Assembly: GCA_964401385.1 (NCBI GenBank)
Contig: CAYNYF010000002.1
Span: 25,046-89,045 of the forward strand
Direction: 5' to 3'
Source: an uncultured Planctomycetaceae bacterium
Lineage (GTDB): Bacteria; Planctomycetota; Phycisphaerae; SM23-33
Length of the DNA: 64,000 bases
Shown: positions 35,685-46,571 of the stretch, piece by piece
Numbering within the stretch: position 1 is the first letter of the stretch
Layout of the letters: every line of letters begins with the position of its first letter
Position numbers and translations under genes: made by a program
Notes under the pieces: generated by a model
Databases searched by the model: none
What the model saw: the letters and a program-made list of their open reading frames with translations, nothing else
What the model was told of the DNA's origin: nothing

Positions 35685-36799
35685 GATTTGCTTCCTTTCC
35701 GTTGTCTGGCGGAGGCTGATTTTCTCGTTTCCGCAGCGGCGAGTCGTTCACGCCACGACGGGCCGGCCTCTGCGGACATCCACCGCAATACAAACCATAT
35801 CAGCAGCCCCGAGAGCAGCATGGCCACGGAGGTGTACTGGTTGTGCGTCAGTTCCAATTGGAGCAGGGCATGTGGGTTGTCGCCGCGCAGGCTTTCAAGG
35901 ACAAAGCGCGTAATGGGATACAGCACCAACATTAACGCGAAGACTTGTCCTTCGCGCCGCCGCAGCCGGGAAAAGCCCAGCAGCACGCCTGTGATCAGCA
36001 AAGCGTTGATCGCTCCGAAGGCCTGCGCAGGCTGGATGGGTAACGAGCGAAGCGCCGCCGCTTGGCGGGCCTGCGCCGGCGTCAACTCCGAGGGCATCTT
36101 CACGAGCCGTTCACCGCTCTTGCTTCGTTGGACGTTCCCGTCCCGGTCTTTCCGGAAAAGCCACGAGCGCACGCCGATTTCGCGCAGGGCTTCCTCTGGC
36201 AAGGTGGCGGCCTGGCTGTGAAAAGCCGGCGACGACGCGGCCCCGCCGAAGGAATTCGGCCCCTTGCCGTACCGCAGCAGGGGCTTGGCGGCATAGGGGA
36301 AACGCATCCCAAGGGAATAATGGGCACCGCAGCGGGCACCGTAACAGCAACCGTTCAACAGACAGCCCATCCGCCCGAAGGCCAGGCCGATCATCAGCGA
36401 GGGGGCGATGATGTCCATATACCGTCGCATCGGCAGTCGCCGCAGACGCAGGTAAGCCGCGATGGCGATCACCGCCAGGGCGGCCCCACCGTAGTAGATA
36501 AGCCCCCCGGAGGTGATGTTGAAAATCTCCGGCAGCGGGTGCTTGTGCCAGGCGAATTGACTGTCCCAGCGCTCGATGACGAACGCCGCCCGCGAGCCGG
36601 CCACCCCGGCCACTAACGCCAGCAGCCCCAAGCTTGTGACCGCGTCCTGATCTTCGCCAAAACGCCTTGCCCGCCACCGTGCAAGATAAATCCCGACGAG
36701 AAATCCCAGCACGAGCATCAGCCCGTAGCCGTAAATGCGCAGACCAACCGACTGGCCGAACAGGTTGATCTCGCCAAAATCAATAATGACCTGTTGCAT
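35681..36799 (-). CDS. lgt: Prolipoprotein diacylglyceryl transferase Lgt, with a long C-terminal extension
   Basis: 372 aa. LVLGFLVGIYLA, the Lgt signature region MGCLLNGCCYG, and multiple TM helices. Confidence 0.85.
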   Translation of the reverse strand: MQQVIIDFGEINLFGQSVGLRIYGYGLMLVLGFLVGIYLARWRARRFGEDQDAVTSLGLLALVAGVAGSRAAFVIERWDSQFAWHKHPLPEIFNITSGGLIYYGGAALAVIAIAAYLRLRRLPMRRYMDIIAPSLMIGLAFGRMGCLLNGCCYGARCGAHYSLGMRFPYAAKPLLRYGKGPNSFGGAASSPAFHSQAATLPEEALREIGVRSWLFRKDRDGNVQRSKSGERLVKMPSELTPAQARQAAALRSLPIQPAQAFGAINALLITGVLLGFSRLRRREGQVFALMLVLYPITRFVLESLRGDNPHALLQLELTHNQYTSVAMLLSGLLIWFVLRWMSAEAGPSWRERLAAAETRKSASARQRKGSKS

Positions 36800-36887
36800 G
36801 AATCTCTTGTCGGCGCGAGCTATGCGCTAACCTGCCCTGCAATCACGCTAGTAGCCGTCCCCGGTCAGGAAAGCCAGAGGCCGCATT

Positions 36888-37754
36888 CTATTCGCTGCTC
36901 CCGGGCGGTTCCAGGGCCATGTTGTCAATCAGTCTCGCCGAGGAGAACCTCACCGCCACGGCCATGACAGCCGGGCGCTGTATCATTTCTACGTCGGCCA
37001 GGCTCTCGGCGTCGACAACTTCTACGTAGTCAATCTCGGCCAATGAAGCCCGTTTGGCCAGGTGTTTGCGCGCCGCCTCGGCCACGCGGCCGGCCCGGCG
37101 CTCGCCTGCGTCGACCAGCCGCCGAGCCAGTTGCAGCGATTCGTGCAGCGCCGTCGCCTGGGAACGTTCTTCGGCGCTGAGGCGGACGTTTCGGCTGGAC
37201 ATCGCCAGGCCGTCTTTCTCGCGGACGGTCGGACGCACCTCGACCAGGACCGGCATGTTCAGATCGGCGACCATCCGCCTGATGACGGCCGCCTGCTGGT
37301 AGTCCTTGGCGCCGAAATAGATGCGGTCGGGGCCGACAATGGCGATCAGCTTGGCCACTACGGTGCAGACGCCGTCGAAGTGCCCCGGCCGAGAGGCCCC
37401 GCACATGCGTTCGGTCAGCCCGGAAACATGCACCGACGTGGCGAAGCCGGCCGGATACATCGTCGCCGGCTCCGGTGTAAAGACCGCGTCCACGCCGTGG
37501 GCTTCGCATCCGGGCAGATCCGCCTCCAGAGTCCGGGGGTACTGCTCGTAGTCTTCACCCGGCCCGAACTGGGTGGGATTGACAAAGATGCTGACGACGA
37601 CGAAGCCGCAGCCCTCGCCGGCGGCGTCGATGAGGCTGTAATGGCCGTCGTGCATCGCTCCCATTGTCGGCACGAGGCCGACCGCTCCCGCCCCGCCGCG
37701 CCTGGCCTCGGCGACAGCCTGGCGAATCTCCGCAATCGTTCTGGCCTGCTTCAT
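36888..37754 (-). CDS. panC: Pantoate--beta-alanine ligase
   Basis: VGLVPTMGAMHDGHYSLI (HIGH-type motif), ...IYFGAKDYQQ..., ...LAMSSRNVRLS. Start trimmed to the ATG at 37752-37754. Confidence 0.85.
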   Translation of the reverse strand: MKQARTIAEIRQAVAEARRGGAGAVGLVPTMGAMHDGHYSLIDAAGEGCGFVVVSIFVNPTQFGPGEDYEQYPRTLEADLPGCEAHGVDAVFTPEPATMYPAGFATSVHVSGLTERMCGASRPGHFDGVCTVVAKLIAIVGPDRIYFGAKDYQQAAVIRRMVADLNMPVLVEVRPTVREKDGLAMSSRNVRLSAEERSQATALHESLQLARRLVDAGERRAGRVAEAARKHLAKRASLAEIDYVEVVDAESLADVEMIQRPAVMAVAVRFSSARLIDNMALEPPGSSE

Positions 37755-38344
37755 TTCAGGGCCTCCCGAACTTCCCCGATCAGTTTCGCTCGGGCGTCGC
37801 CCGCCAGCAAGTCCACCGCACACACATCGACGGACAGCACCGGGCAGTCGGCCGCAGCCACGACTTCGCGATACGCCTGGCGCAAGCCGTTGATGAACTC
37901 GGGCATAAAGGTCAGCTCGTGCCGCCGCCGGCGCCGCGCAATCCGCTCCAACAGGACCGTCTCATCACCGTCCAGGGCGATTAGCAGGTCGGGCGGCTTG
38001 ACCGTTTTGGCGCCGGGTTCGGCCAGGCGGCGATAGACAGCGAGGTCCTCGGCCGACAGGTTGCTCGCGGCGTGGACGCTGTCCTGGCAAAAACCGTAGT
38101 CGCTCACCGCCAGGCCGGTCTCCGGCCAGGTAGCCACGTCCAACTGTGACAGGCGGGAGAACAAGAAGTACAACTGCGCCCGCAGCGCGAATTCCCGCCG
38201 GCCGAGATAGGCGCCCTCCAGAAACGGGTTGCCGGCATAGTCCTCGCGGATCAGCCGGGCCGGCAGGGCTTGGGAAAGCCATTCGGCCGTGGTGGTCTTG
38301 CCGGAGGCGGGCGGGCCGATGATGCTGATCAGGGCCGCGCTCAC
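37751..38344 (-). CDS. Deoxynucleoside kinase family P-loop kinase
   Basis: 197 aa. ISIIGPPASGKTTTAEWL (Walker A), DYGFCQDSVHAASN motif typical of dNK/dCK-like kinases. Confidence 0.7.
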   Translation of the reverse strand: MSAALISIIGPPASGKTTTAEWLSQALPARLIREDYAGNPFLEGAYLGRREFALRAQLYFLFSRLSQLDVATWPETGLAVSDYGFCQDSVHAASNLSAEDLAVYRRLAEPGAKTVKPPDLLIALDGDETVLLERIARRRRRHELTFMPEFINGLRQAYREVVAAADCPVLSVDVCAVDLLAGDARAKLIGEVREALK

Positions 38345-38817
38345 CCGCCGGCCTCCAGCACCGCAAGCAGCTCCGCGATGGTCCTGCCCAGGACGGGATG
38401 GACCAGCTCGGCGGCGATCTCGGCCAGGGGGCGCAGCACGAAGTCGCGCTCGTGCATCCGGGGATGCGGCAGGACGAGCGTTTCACTTTCGGCGACCAAG
38501 TCATCGTACAGCAGCAGGTCCAGGTCGCACGTCCTTGGCCCCCAGCGCTGCTCCCGGCTGCGGTCGCGCCCGAGCTGCGCCTCCACCTCATGCAGCAGCG
38601 ACAGCAGTTCCTCGGCCGTCAGGTCGGCGGCCAGCTCGGCGACGCCGTTGACATAAGCCCCCTGTCCGGGCGGCCCGAGAGGCTCGGTCTCGATCATCTG
38701 GCTGATGCGCTTGACGGTGACGTCGTCCCGCTGGTCGAGTATCGTCAACGCCTGAATCAGCGTCGCCGCCCGTGGCTCGATGTTGCTGCCGAAGGCAATG
38801 TATGCCACATGCGCCAT
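38341..38817 (-). CDS. folK: 2-amino-4-hydroxy-6-hydroxymethyldihydropteridine pyrophosphokinase (HPPK)
   Basis: MAHVAYIAFGSNIEP...ETEPLGPPGQGAYVNGV...GPRTCDLDLLLY...LPHPRMHERDFVLRPL, canonical HPPK motifs. Start trimmed to the ATG at 38815-38817. Confidence 0.8.
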   Translation of the reverse strand: MAHVAYIAFGSNIEPRAATLIQALTILDQRDDVTVKRISQMIETEPLGPPGQGAYVNGVAELAADLTAEELLSLLHEVEAQLGRDRSREQRWGPRTCDLDLLLYDDLVAESETLVLPHPRMHERDFVLRPLAEIAAELVHPVLGRTIAELLAVLEAGG

Positions 38818-38860
38818 ATGAGGACGTCCGCAAACGGACCGGGCTCCGGCAAGTCTGCGT

Positions 38861-40020
38861 TCACAGCCTCCCCAGCCGGTCGATGGCCTCTTCGATCCGT
38901 TCAGTTTCAACAGTCAGCGCCGCGCGGAAGTATCCCTCGCCCGGCGGGCCGAAGCCGACGCCGGGAATGAACACCACGTCCGCCCCGACCAGGCAGCGCT
39001 TGGCAAAGCTCATCGAGTCCACTCCGTTGGGGCATTTCGCCCAGACGTAGAAGGTGGCGGGCGAGCGGGCCACGTCGTAGCCGAGCCTGGCCAGGCCGTC
39101 GCAGAGGGCATCGCGCCGGGCCCGGTACAACTGGCGCTGCTGGCGCACTTCCTCGCGATCGTAGCCTTCCAGGGCGGCAACGCCCGCCCACTGGACGGCG
39201 TTGAACTGCCCGGAATCGACGTTGCCCTTGACGGCCGCCAGGGCGGAGATGACCTCGGCGTTGCCGGCTACCCAGCCGATCCGCCAGCCGGTCATGTTGA
39301 AGGTCTTGCTGAGCGAGTGGACCTCCACCGCCACGTCCCTGGCGCCCGGAACCTGGAATACGCTGGGCGGCGGCGACTCGAAGTACAGCTCGTTGTAGGC
39401 CGCGTCGGAGGCGACGATGATTTCGTGCGCCTTGGCCCAGGCTATGAGTCTTCGGTACCAGGCCAGATCGGCCACGGCCGCGGTGGGGTTGTTGGGGTAA
39501 TTGACGTAGATGAGCTTGGCCTTGTCGGCGACGGCCGGGGCGATCGCGTCGATGTCCGGCAGCCAGTGGTTCTCGGCCGTCAGCGCGAGGTACTCCGGGA
39601 TTGCCCCGGCAAAGACAGCCGCCGAGTTGTACACCGGATAGCCCGGCCGGGGGACCAGGACGACCTCCTCGGGATTGACCACCGCCAACGGCAGGTGGGC
39701 GATGGCGTCCTTGGACCCAATGATGGTGATGATCTCCGTGGTGGGCTCCAGCTCGACGCCGTAGCGCTTCTTCATGAACTCCGCGGCCGCTGAGCGGAAC
39801 CGTGGCACGCCTTCGTCGAAAGGGTAGCGGTGGTTGGCCGGGTCTGCGACGGCCTTATTCATCGCCTCGATGATGAACTCGAACGTCGGGCGGTCCGGAT
39901 CGCCCACGCCGAAGTTGATCACGTCCCGGCCGGCCGCGATGGCCTCGCGCTTCGCCCGGTCGATTTCCATGAACAGATACGGCGGCAATGCCTGCAAACG
40001 CTGCGATCTTTCCCAAGCCA
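38861..40020 (-). CDS. Class I/II PLP-dependent aminotransferase (LL-diaminopimelate/aspartate aminotransferase-like)
   Basis: MAWERSQRLQALPPYLFMEID...INFGVGDPDRPT...SLSKTFNMTGWRIGW (PLP-Lys). Start trimmed from the 527-aa track ORF. The exact start coordinate is +/-1 nt uncertain because my hand count (40020) and the track frame do not reconcile. Confidence 0.75.
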
Positions 40021-40319
40021 TTGCTTCGATCACTCCTGTCCGGCAGAGAGGCCCCGCGCCCGCCTGGCGCGGAATGGGCATTGTAGCAGCGCCGGCACAC
40101 AGGGCAAGAAGCGGCGTGGGGCAGCCCCGCCCCAGGCCGCGGGCGGGGATTGCGGCCTTTGCGCGGCAGCAAGATGCTGCTTGAGCTGCGTCCCGGGCAG
40201 ACAGCACCTTCCATTTCTGCCCTGGCCGGACGAAAATGGAGGCCGTAGAGGTTCGGACTGGTGTGCACGGGCCGCAGATCGAGAAACCGGCAACCGAGGA
40301 CTGCTTGAGGGAGCTTGCC

Positions 40320-41390
40320 ATGCGCGTGGCGATGGTGGGTCTGCCATTTTCGGGCAAGAGTACGTTATTCGCGGCCGTGGCGGAGGCGGGGGGTTCGCAG
40401 GTGCACCTGGAGCGGGCCGACCAGGAGCACCTCGTTGTGGCCAAGGTCCCCGACGAGCGGCTGGACTGGATCGAGCAGCACTACAAGCCCAAGAAGCGCG
40501 CCAACGCCGAGCTGGAGTTTCTGGACGTGCCGGGGCTGGACCTGTCGACCGAGCCCGCCCGCCAGCGGGCGCGTGCCCACTGGCCGGCCGTCCGGGAGAG
40601 CGAGGCGATCGTCTTTGTCCTGCGGGACTTTCACAGCGATTCCGTGCCGCCCTATCGCGACCGCGTGGACATGACGGCCGACCTGGAGGAGCTGCGGACC
40701 GAGATGCTCTTTTCCGACCTGGAGCAGGTGGTCGCCCGGATCGAAAAGCTCCAGGCCCGGCTGAAAAGGCCCAGCCCCGAGCGCGAGCAGGACGCCCGCG
40801 AGCTGGAACTGATGCAGCGCCTGCGCGAAACCTTGGAGGCCGAGAGGCCCCTTTCCGAGGCCGTCGCCAACGAGGCCGAGGAGAAGATGATCCGGGCGTT
40901 CGCCTTCCTGACGCTCAAGCCGGCGGTGGTGGTGGTCAACTGCGACGAGCAGGCCGGCGGCGCCGATCGGCCGGAACAGATCGCCGGCTGCAAGGCCGTG
41001 CACCTGTCAGGCAAGATCGAAGAGGAGATCGCCGCCCTGGCTGAGGACGATCGCGGGGAGTTCCTGGAGGCGATGGGCATCACCGAGCCCGCCCGCGACC
41101 GACTGATCCGCTGCTGCTACGAGGCGATGAATCTGGTGAGCTTCTTCACGGTCAACCAGAACGAATGCCGGGCCCGGCCGGTGCCGGCCGGGACGGACGC
41201 GCTGACGGCGGCGGGGGAGATTCACACCGACATGGCCCGCGGCTTCATCCGGGCCGAGGTGATTGCCTTCGAGGAGCTGCGCGCCGCCGGCGACGCCAAG
41301 GGCGCCCGCGCCGCCGGCAAGTTCCGCCTGGAAGGCAAGAGCTACGTCGTCCAGGACGGGGACGTGATCCAGTTTCGATTCAACGTCTAG
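40320..41390 (+). CDS. ychF: Ribosome-binding ATPase YchF (Obg-family GTPase)
   Basis: MRVAMVGLPFSGKSTLF, the G1 motif; C-terminal TGS domain (GEIHTDMARGFIRAEVIAFEEL...YVVQDGDVIQFRFNV). Start trimmed to the ATG at 40320. Confidence 0.85.
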   Translation: MRVAMVGLPFSGKSTLFAAVAEAGGSQVHLERADQEHLVVAKVPDERLDWIEQHYKPKKRANAELEFLDVPGLDLSTEPARQRARAHWPAVRESEAIVFVLRDFHSDSVPPYRDRVDMTADLEELRTEMLFSDLEQVVARIEKLQARLKRPSPEREQDARELELMQRLRETLEAERPLSEAVANEAEEKMIRAFAFLTLKPAVVVVNCDEQAGGADRPEQIAGCKAVHLSGKIEEEIAALAEDDRGEFLEAMGITEPARDRLIRCCYEAMNLVSFFTVNQNECRARPVPAGTDALTAAGEIHTDMARGFIRAEVIAFEELRAAGDAKGARAAGKFRLEGKSYVVQDGDVIQFRFNV

Positions 41391-41401
41391 CGGATGATGG
41401 G

Positions 41402-42151
41402 ATGTGTCTTTTGATCTGTCTTCACCGCCGCGACGGCTCTTTGGTCATTGCCGCCAATCGCGATGAGCGCTACGACCGGCCGACACGGCCGCCGTTCGTG
41501 TGGGAGACTCACCCGCCCCTTCTGGCAGGTCGGGATGAGGTCGCCGGCGGCACCTGGCTGGCGCTGAGCGCCCGGGGCGTGGTCGCGGCCATCACCAACC
41601 GCCCGACGCTTGACGGGGATGACCCGACGCGCCCCTCGCGCGGCCAGCTCCCGCTGCTGGCATGCGGCTGCGACTCGGCCGCGTCGGCCCGGAGCGTTCT
41701 CCAGGAACACCTGAGGGCCGTCCGATACAACGGATTCAACCTTCTTGTCGCCGAAGCCGGCGAGGGGTTCGTGATTCAGTGTCCCGCCGCCCACGCCGCC
41801 ATTGAGGACCTTCGGGTCGGGGTGCATGTTGTGGCCAACGGCGGATGGAATGACCCGTCGGACCCGCGCGTGGCCCGGGCGCGGACGCTGCTGGGCGAGC
41901 GGGAAATCTACGCGGCCCGGACCGACCGGGACCCGGAGGTGATCGCCGACCTCCGGCGGATCTGTCGGGACCATCAAGGGGCTGCCGACCGGGGAACTTT
42001 GTGCATGCACGGCCAGTCGGCCGGGACGGTGAGTTCGACGATCATCGCCGTCGACGCCGACGGGCGCGTGCGGCGGCACCTGCACGCCGAAGGGCCGCCA
42101 TGTCAGAGCGAATACCATGACCTCACCGAGCTTGCGCAATTTGGCGGTTAA
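41402..42151 (+). CDS. NRDE-family protein (DUF833)
   Basis: MCLLICLHRRDGSLVIAANRDERYDRPTRPP...GGTWLALSARGVVAAITN, the NRDE motif. Start trimmed to the ATG at 41402. Confidence 0.65.
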   Translation: MCLLICLHRRDGSLVIAANRDERYDRPTRPPFVWETHPPLLAGRDEVAGGTWLALSARGVVAAITNRPTLDGDDPTRPSRGQLPLLACGCDSAASARSVLQEHLRAVRYNGFNLLVAEAGEGFVIQCPAAHAAIEDLRVGVHVVANGGWNDPSDPRVARARTLLGEREIYAARTDRDPEVIADLRRICRDHQGAADRGTLCMHGQSAGTVSSTIIAVDADGRVRRHLHAEGPPCQSEYHDLTELAQFGG

Positions 42152-42178
42152 TCGGCCAAGCTGATACAATGCGACTCG

Positions 42179-45100
42179 ATGAGCGCGGGCGGTCAAACCA
42201 ACGCGAAGTCTCGAACTCCCCGCCGCAGGCGTCGCTTGTGGCAGAGAATCATCCGCGCGGCCGTGTGGGTGGGGGTGGTCCTGGCGGTGCTGTATGCGAC
42301 GCTGCCGTGGTGGCTTCCGAAACAGTTCCTGGCCGACAGGGTTGCCGCTTCCCTGGGCGCCGAGCTGGGCCTGCCGGTGAAAATCGGGCGGATGACGATC
42401 TCCTGGCGCGACGGCATCAGCATCGAGGGGTTCCGCATCGGCTGCGACGAATCCTTCGGCGGCGGAGACATGGTGGTCGTCGGGTCTATGCGGTGCGACT
42501 TTTCACCGATCCGCCTCATCGTGGAGCAGCGGATGAGGTGGGTGGAGATGACCGACGCCGAACTCCGCGCCGTGATCAATGAGCGCGGGGAGGTGAACCT
42601 GGCGGCGCTGGAGCGGGGGAATCGGTTCTATCCGCCGGAACATCTGACGGTGCGCCGGGCGCGGGCCACGGTTCAACTGCCCCGGCACGATCGGCTGCTG
42701 TGTCTGAGCGTGTCCGATCTGGAATACCGGGCCGGTAGATTGCAGACCCTCGGCCGGATCACCATGTCGGCCGTGCTGGACCAGAGTGGGCCGGACGCGC
42801 CGGTGGCGCTGCTGGCATCGGCCGGCGGCGCGCAAGGGCAAATCGGTGACGCAGCGGCGCCCGGCAAGGCCAGCGGGCCGGTGGCCGCGACCTGTGGTTT
42901 CCGTTTCGCCGGGGTGGACATTGCCCAGTTGAACCTGACGCTGCTGCTGGGCCTGCCGCTGGAGCGGCTCAATGGGTGGGGCTCGGGCCGGCTGGACTGT
43001 CGAATTAGCCGCTCCGGAAGGGTGGATGACTTCTCGTTCCTGGTGCGCGTCAAGGACCTGGATGCCCAACCCGTCGGCGGCCCGACCCTGCCGGTAATCG
43101 AGCAGGCCGAGGTGCGCGTGGTAGGTGCCTACGACCCGCTGACGAACCGCGCTGACATTCAGACCGTCCGCATCCGCCTGCCCGGAGTGGAGCTGGAGGC
43201 CAACGGCAGCATGGGCGCCGACGTCCTTCGCGGAAACCTGGAAGCGGTGCAGTTTCTTGAGATGGACGGGAAGGTCAACCCCAACACGCTGGCGGCGTTG
43301 TGTGCCTGGGAGGCGCCGGGCGGGCTGGCCGTCGATGGTGACGTCGAAGTGCACGTGAGGCTGTCAGAGCGGGAGCAGCGGTTTTCCTGGGAGGCGAAGC
43401 TGGACGCCACGGCCGCGCGCGTGCTGGCGGGAGGCCGCGTCGTCAAGCGCAACCAGCGAAAGCTTGCCGTGGAACTCGAAGGCTCCTTCGAAAAGCGGAC
43501 GAGGGAGTTTTTGGGCGATCGGGCTGACGTCCGCATCGGCAGGAACCTCTTTTCCTGCCGGAAGGCGGTGGAAAACGTCCAGCAGCTATTGAGCGAACTG
43601 AGTCAAGCCGGTCGATCCATCACCACGGCCGCGGCCTTGGAGGGCATCACCAACCTGGACTGGAATGGCTCCTGGGAGATCGTCGAGCTGGATTCGCTGC
43701 TGGAGCTGGTCGGCGGCGCGCCTCACAGGAACGTGGAGCTGGAGGGGCAAATCCTCGGGCAGTGGTTCATCCAGCGCGGCGGGACGGTCAGATTGGAAGG
43801 CGTGCGCGTGCCGGCGGAAACGCGGCTGTCGGCGGGCAAGTGGTTCGTCAAGCCGCCCGGCCAGCCAATGCGCCTGGCCGCCTCCGCGGTGATCCGCACG
43901 GACCCGGCCGGGCTCGGCGAGGTGCATCTTGCCGCTGACGCCGGCGGGGCCCGCGTGAGCCTGGACGAGGCGGAGCTGACCTTTTCCGACGCCGCCGGGC
44001 CGGGCGGTATGCCATTCGTCGAAGCGAAGGGCAGGTACGGCTTTCGAGACGCCGCGGCCCTGTTGGCCTGCGTTCCCGCGGCCGAGGCTTGGCGGGGGCG
44101 GGTCGGGGGCGACCTCAGCGGAGAGTTCAGGGCCATCCTCTCGGCGTCGTTCCTCCGGCTGCGGGTCGAGGCCAACGCGACTCAGTTGGAGGCATCCGTT
44201 GGGGACATCTTTCGAAAGCGCGCCGGTCAACTGGCCGACGTCGCGGTGGACTTCCAGGCCGACGCCAGCCTGTCTGCCGCGTTCGCCAGGCGGCTGACGG
44301 TACACGCCGACCTGGGCTCGGCCAAGCTGGAGACTTACCTGTCCTTCCCGCGGGCAGGCACGGCCGGCGGGGAGGTTCGCTGCGCGGCGCGGCTGTCAGT
44401 CTCAGACGCCGGCGGGCTGTTGCAGAGGATTCCGGCCGCTCGGGGCCTGCTGGAGGCCGTCAAGGTCGGCGGCTCGACCGTGCTGTCCCTTGAGGGGCGG
44501 ATTTCCCAGCGGGCCGTCACGGGGGAGCTGAGATGCGACGCTGACGACCTCGAACTCACCTGGCCGGGGGGCAAGAGGAGCAAAGCGCGGGGCAAGCCGC
44601 TGCGCGTCCGCCTGGCCGGAGCGATCGACGACGCGTCGGCCACGATCGACCTGCTGTCAATCGATCTGGGGCGGTCTTCAGTTTCGCTCAGCGGCACGGT
44701 CGCCCCGGCCGCGTCAGAAAAGCTTCCGCCGGAGCGGCAGTGGTGGCCGCCGCCGGGTGTGGCGGGAGTGAATTTCACGCTGCGCGGGCGGTTCGTGCTG
44801 GACTCGGCACTGAGGGCATTGCTGCCGGAGCTTGACAGGCAGGCCAAACGCCTGGGGCTCACCGGCGCCGTCCGAACGAAGATGGATATTCGCGGCGATG
44901 CCAGGGGCCTCGACCTGGACGGCGACTTCGACGCCGTCGACCTGGCCGTGGCAAGCGACAAGTCATTCGTCAAGCCGGCCGGCGAGACCGCCCGCGGGAC
45001 GTTCGAGCTGACGGTGCCCGCGGAGCCCGCCCGGGTTCGTCTGCGGAATCTGTTCCTGGACACGGGGGCGTTTCAAGCCACTGCCGACGGCTCCTGGCCG

Positions 45101-46525
45101 CTGCTGAGCGATAAGCCGCTCGAGGCACACCTGGCGGTGAATGTTCCCGACCTCCGCCGGCTGGCCGGTTGCGTGCCGGAGCTGGCCGCCTACAGGCCCG
45201 CCGGCGCGGTCTTCGCCGAGTGCGAGCTTCAGCGCCGCGGTGGCCGCGACTGGTTCAAGTACATCACGATCAAGGCCCGGAACGTCACGGCTACGTACCG
45301 GGACGCCCCGTGCCGGCTGGACGGCACGCTGCTGCTGGAAAACGCGGAGCTGGCCGGCGAGGCAACCAAGATCGGACGGGTCTTCACCGATTCACTGTTG
45401 GTTGTCGTCGGAAAGAGCCGCGGCTATCTGATCGCCGACGTCCGCAAGCCGACCGAATCGCCGACCGGCGAGCTGGCACTGCTGGCCGGCAACCTGGACA
45501 TATACGAACTCCAGGGCCTCGGCGGGCTTCCAAAGCCGCCGGAGAGGGCCGGGCCCGGGCCGGTGACGCCGGAAGACAGAAAGGCATTGACCAGGCGGGC
45601 CGACCGGCTCATCGCGGAGGCGGCGAAGCTGCTGGCCTCGGCCGATCTCCGCTGTCGTGTTGAGGCCGGTCGCCTGTCGTACTTCGACCCGTTCGTCAAG
45701 TCGTTCTACGAAGTCCACGCCCTGGTCGCACAGACCAGCGCAAAAGACGGAGCCATCGAAGGCAGCTTCCGTTGCGGCCTGAACGGCGGGCTGATGAAAC
45801 AGAGATTCATGGTCGATCTGAACCGTCGGCCCGCCCGGGCGCTGACGCAGGCCGAGTATAGCCAGATCATGGCCAGCGAGAGCATGCTGGCCCAACTGGC
45901 CCAGGAGTTTCCCGGCAACGTCTTCCGGGGCGATTTCAACCGCACCGAGGAGATCACGTGCGGGCTGCGCGAGTTGGTGATGCAGTCGCTGGACCCACGG
46001 CACCGGGCCGTAAGAGTGGGCACGTCCACGACGATCACCGAGGACGGCCACATCCGCGGGCGGGCCGCCCCGAAGTTCATGACGCGTTTCTTCCCCGGGC
46101 TGAACCTCGCCACCTACCGCTACCGCCGGATGACCGGGTATGCCGAGTACCTGCCGGACGACTCGGCCCGCAACGATATGATCTTCTCCGGAGCCAACTA
46201 CGATATGTTCATCGAGGGCACTACCGATGCGAATCGCATCGGACGATACACCATTGGGCTGATCCTCCTGGGCACGCCGCAGACCGCGACCTTCCAGCAC
46301 CGCTTCCGGCAGGGGCGCATCCCCGTTCTGAAATTCAAGGCGCGCATCGAGGGCGGAAAGTTTTACGACGAGGAGGTGTGGTACCCGCTGCCGACGGAAA
46401 CGGCGTACAAGCTCTTCCTGGAGAACAACATCTTCTATCGGCTGTGGCTCGCGGCCAGACACAAGCCCCGTGCCGGCGCGATCATCAATGGGAAGGTGTC
46501 CAGCTCGACCGACCGGGGAGGGTAG
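42179..46525 (+). CDS. Very large (1448 aa) AsmA/TamB-like envelope-spanning protein
   Basis: N-terminal TM anchor (IIRAAVWVGVVLAVLYATLPWW), then a long low-complexity, beta-rich sequence with AsmA-like patterns (LPVKIGRMTISWRDGISIEGFRI) and a C-terminal conserved region. Confidence 0.6.
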   Translation: MSAGGQTNAKSRTPRRRRRLWQRIIRAAVWVGVVLAVLYATLPWWLPKQFLADRVAASLGAELGLPVKIGRMTISWRDGISIEGFRIGCDESFGGGDMVVVGSMRCDFSPIRLIVEQRMRWVEMTDAELRAVINERGEVNLAALERGNRFYPPEHLTVRRARATVQLPRHDRLLCLSVSDLEYRAGRLQTLGRITMSAVLDQSGPDAPVALLASAGGAQGQIGDAAAPGKASGPVAATCGFRFAGVDIAQLNLTLLLGLPLERLNGWGSGRLDCRISRSGRVDDFSFLVRVKDLDAQPVGGPTLPVIEQAEVRVVGAYDPLTNRADIQTVRIRLPGVELEANGSMGADVLRGNLEAVQFLEMDGKVNPNTLAALCAWEAPGGLAVDGDVEVHVRLSEREQRFSWEAKLDATAARVLAGGRVVKRNQRKLAVELEGSFEKRTREFLGDRADVRIGRNLFSCRKAVENVQQLLSELSQAGRSITTAAALEGITNLDWNGSWEIVELDSLLELVGGAPHRNVELEGQILGQWFIQRGGTVRLEGVRVPAETRLSAGKWFVKPPGQPMRLAASAVIRTDPAGLGEVHLAADAGGARVSLDEAELTFSDAAGPGGMPFVEAKGRYGFRDAAALLACVPAAEAWRGRVGGDLSGEFRAILSASFLRLRVEANATQLEASVGDIFRKRAGQLADVAVDFQADASLSAAFARRLTVHADLGSAKLETYLSFPRAGTAGGEVRCAARLSVSDAGGLLQRIPAARGLLEAVKVGGSTVLSLEGRISQRAVTGELRCDADDLELTWPGGKRSKARGKPLRVRLAGAIDDASATIDLLSIDLGRSSVSLSGTVAPAASEKLPPERQWWPPPGVAGVNFTLRGRFVLDSALRALLPELDRQAKRLGLTGAVRTKMDIRGDARGLDLDGDFDAVDLAVASDKSFVKPAGETARGTFELTVPAEPARVRLRNLFLDTGAFQATADGSWPLLSDKPLEAHLAVNVPDLRRLAGCVPELAAYRPAGAVFAECELQRRGGRDWFKYITIKARNVTATYRDAPCRLDGTLLLENAELAGEATKIGRVFTDSLLVVVGKSRGYLIADVRKPTESPTGELALLAGNLDIYELQGLGGLPKPPERAGPGPVTPEDRKALTRRADRLIAEAAKLLASADLRCRVEAGRLSYFDPFVKSFYEVHALVAQTSAKDGAIEGSFRCGLNGGLMKQRFMVDLNRRPARALTQAEYSQIMASESMLAQLAQEFPGNVFRGDFNRTEEITCGLRELVMQSLDPRHRAVRVGTSTTITEDGHIRGRAAPKFMTRFFPGLNLATYRYRRMTGYAEYLPDDSARNDMIFSGANYDMFIEGTTDANRIGRYTIGLILLGTPQTATFQHRFRQGRIPVLKFKARIEGGKFYDEEVWYPLPTETAYKLFLENNIFYRLWLAARHKPRAGAIINGKVSSSTDRGG

Positions 46526-46571
46526 CGGCGGTGGGGCGGCCGGCGTAACCGGAAGCGTTGACAAAAGCTCG

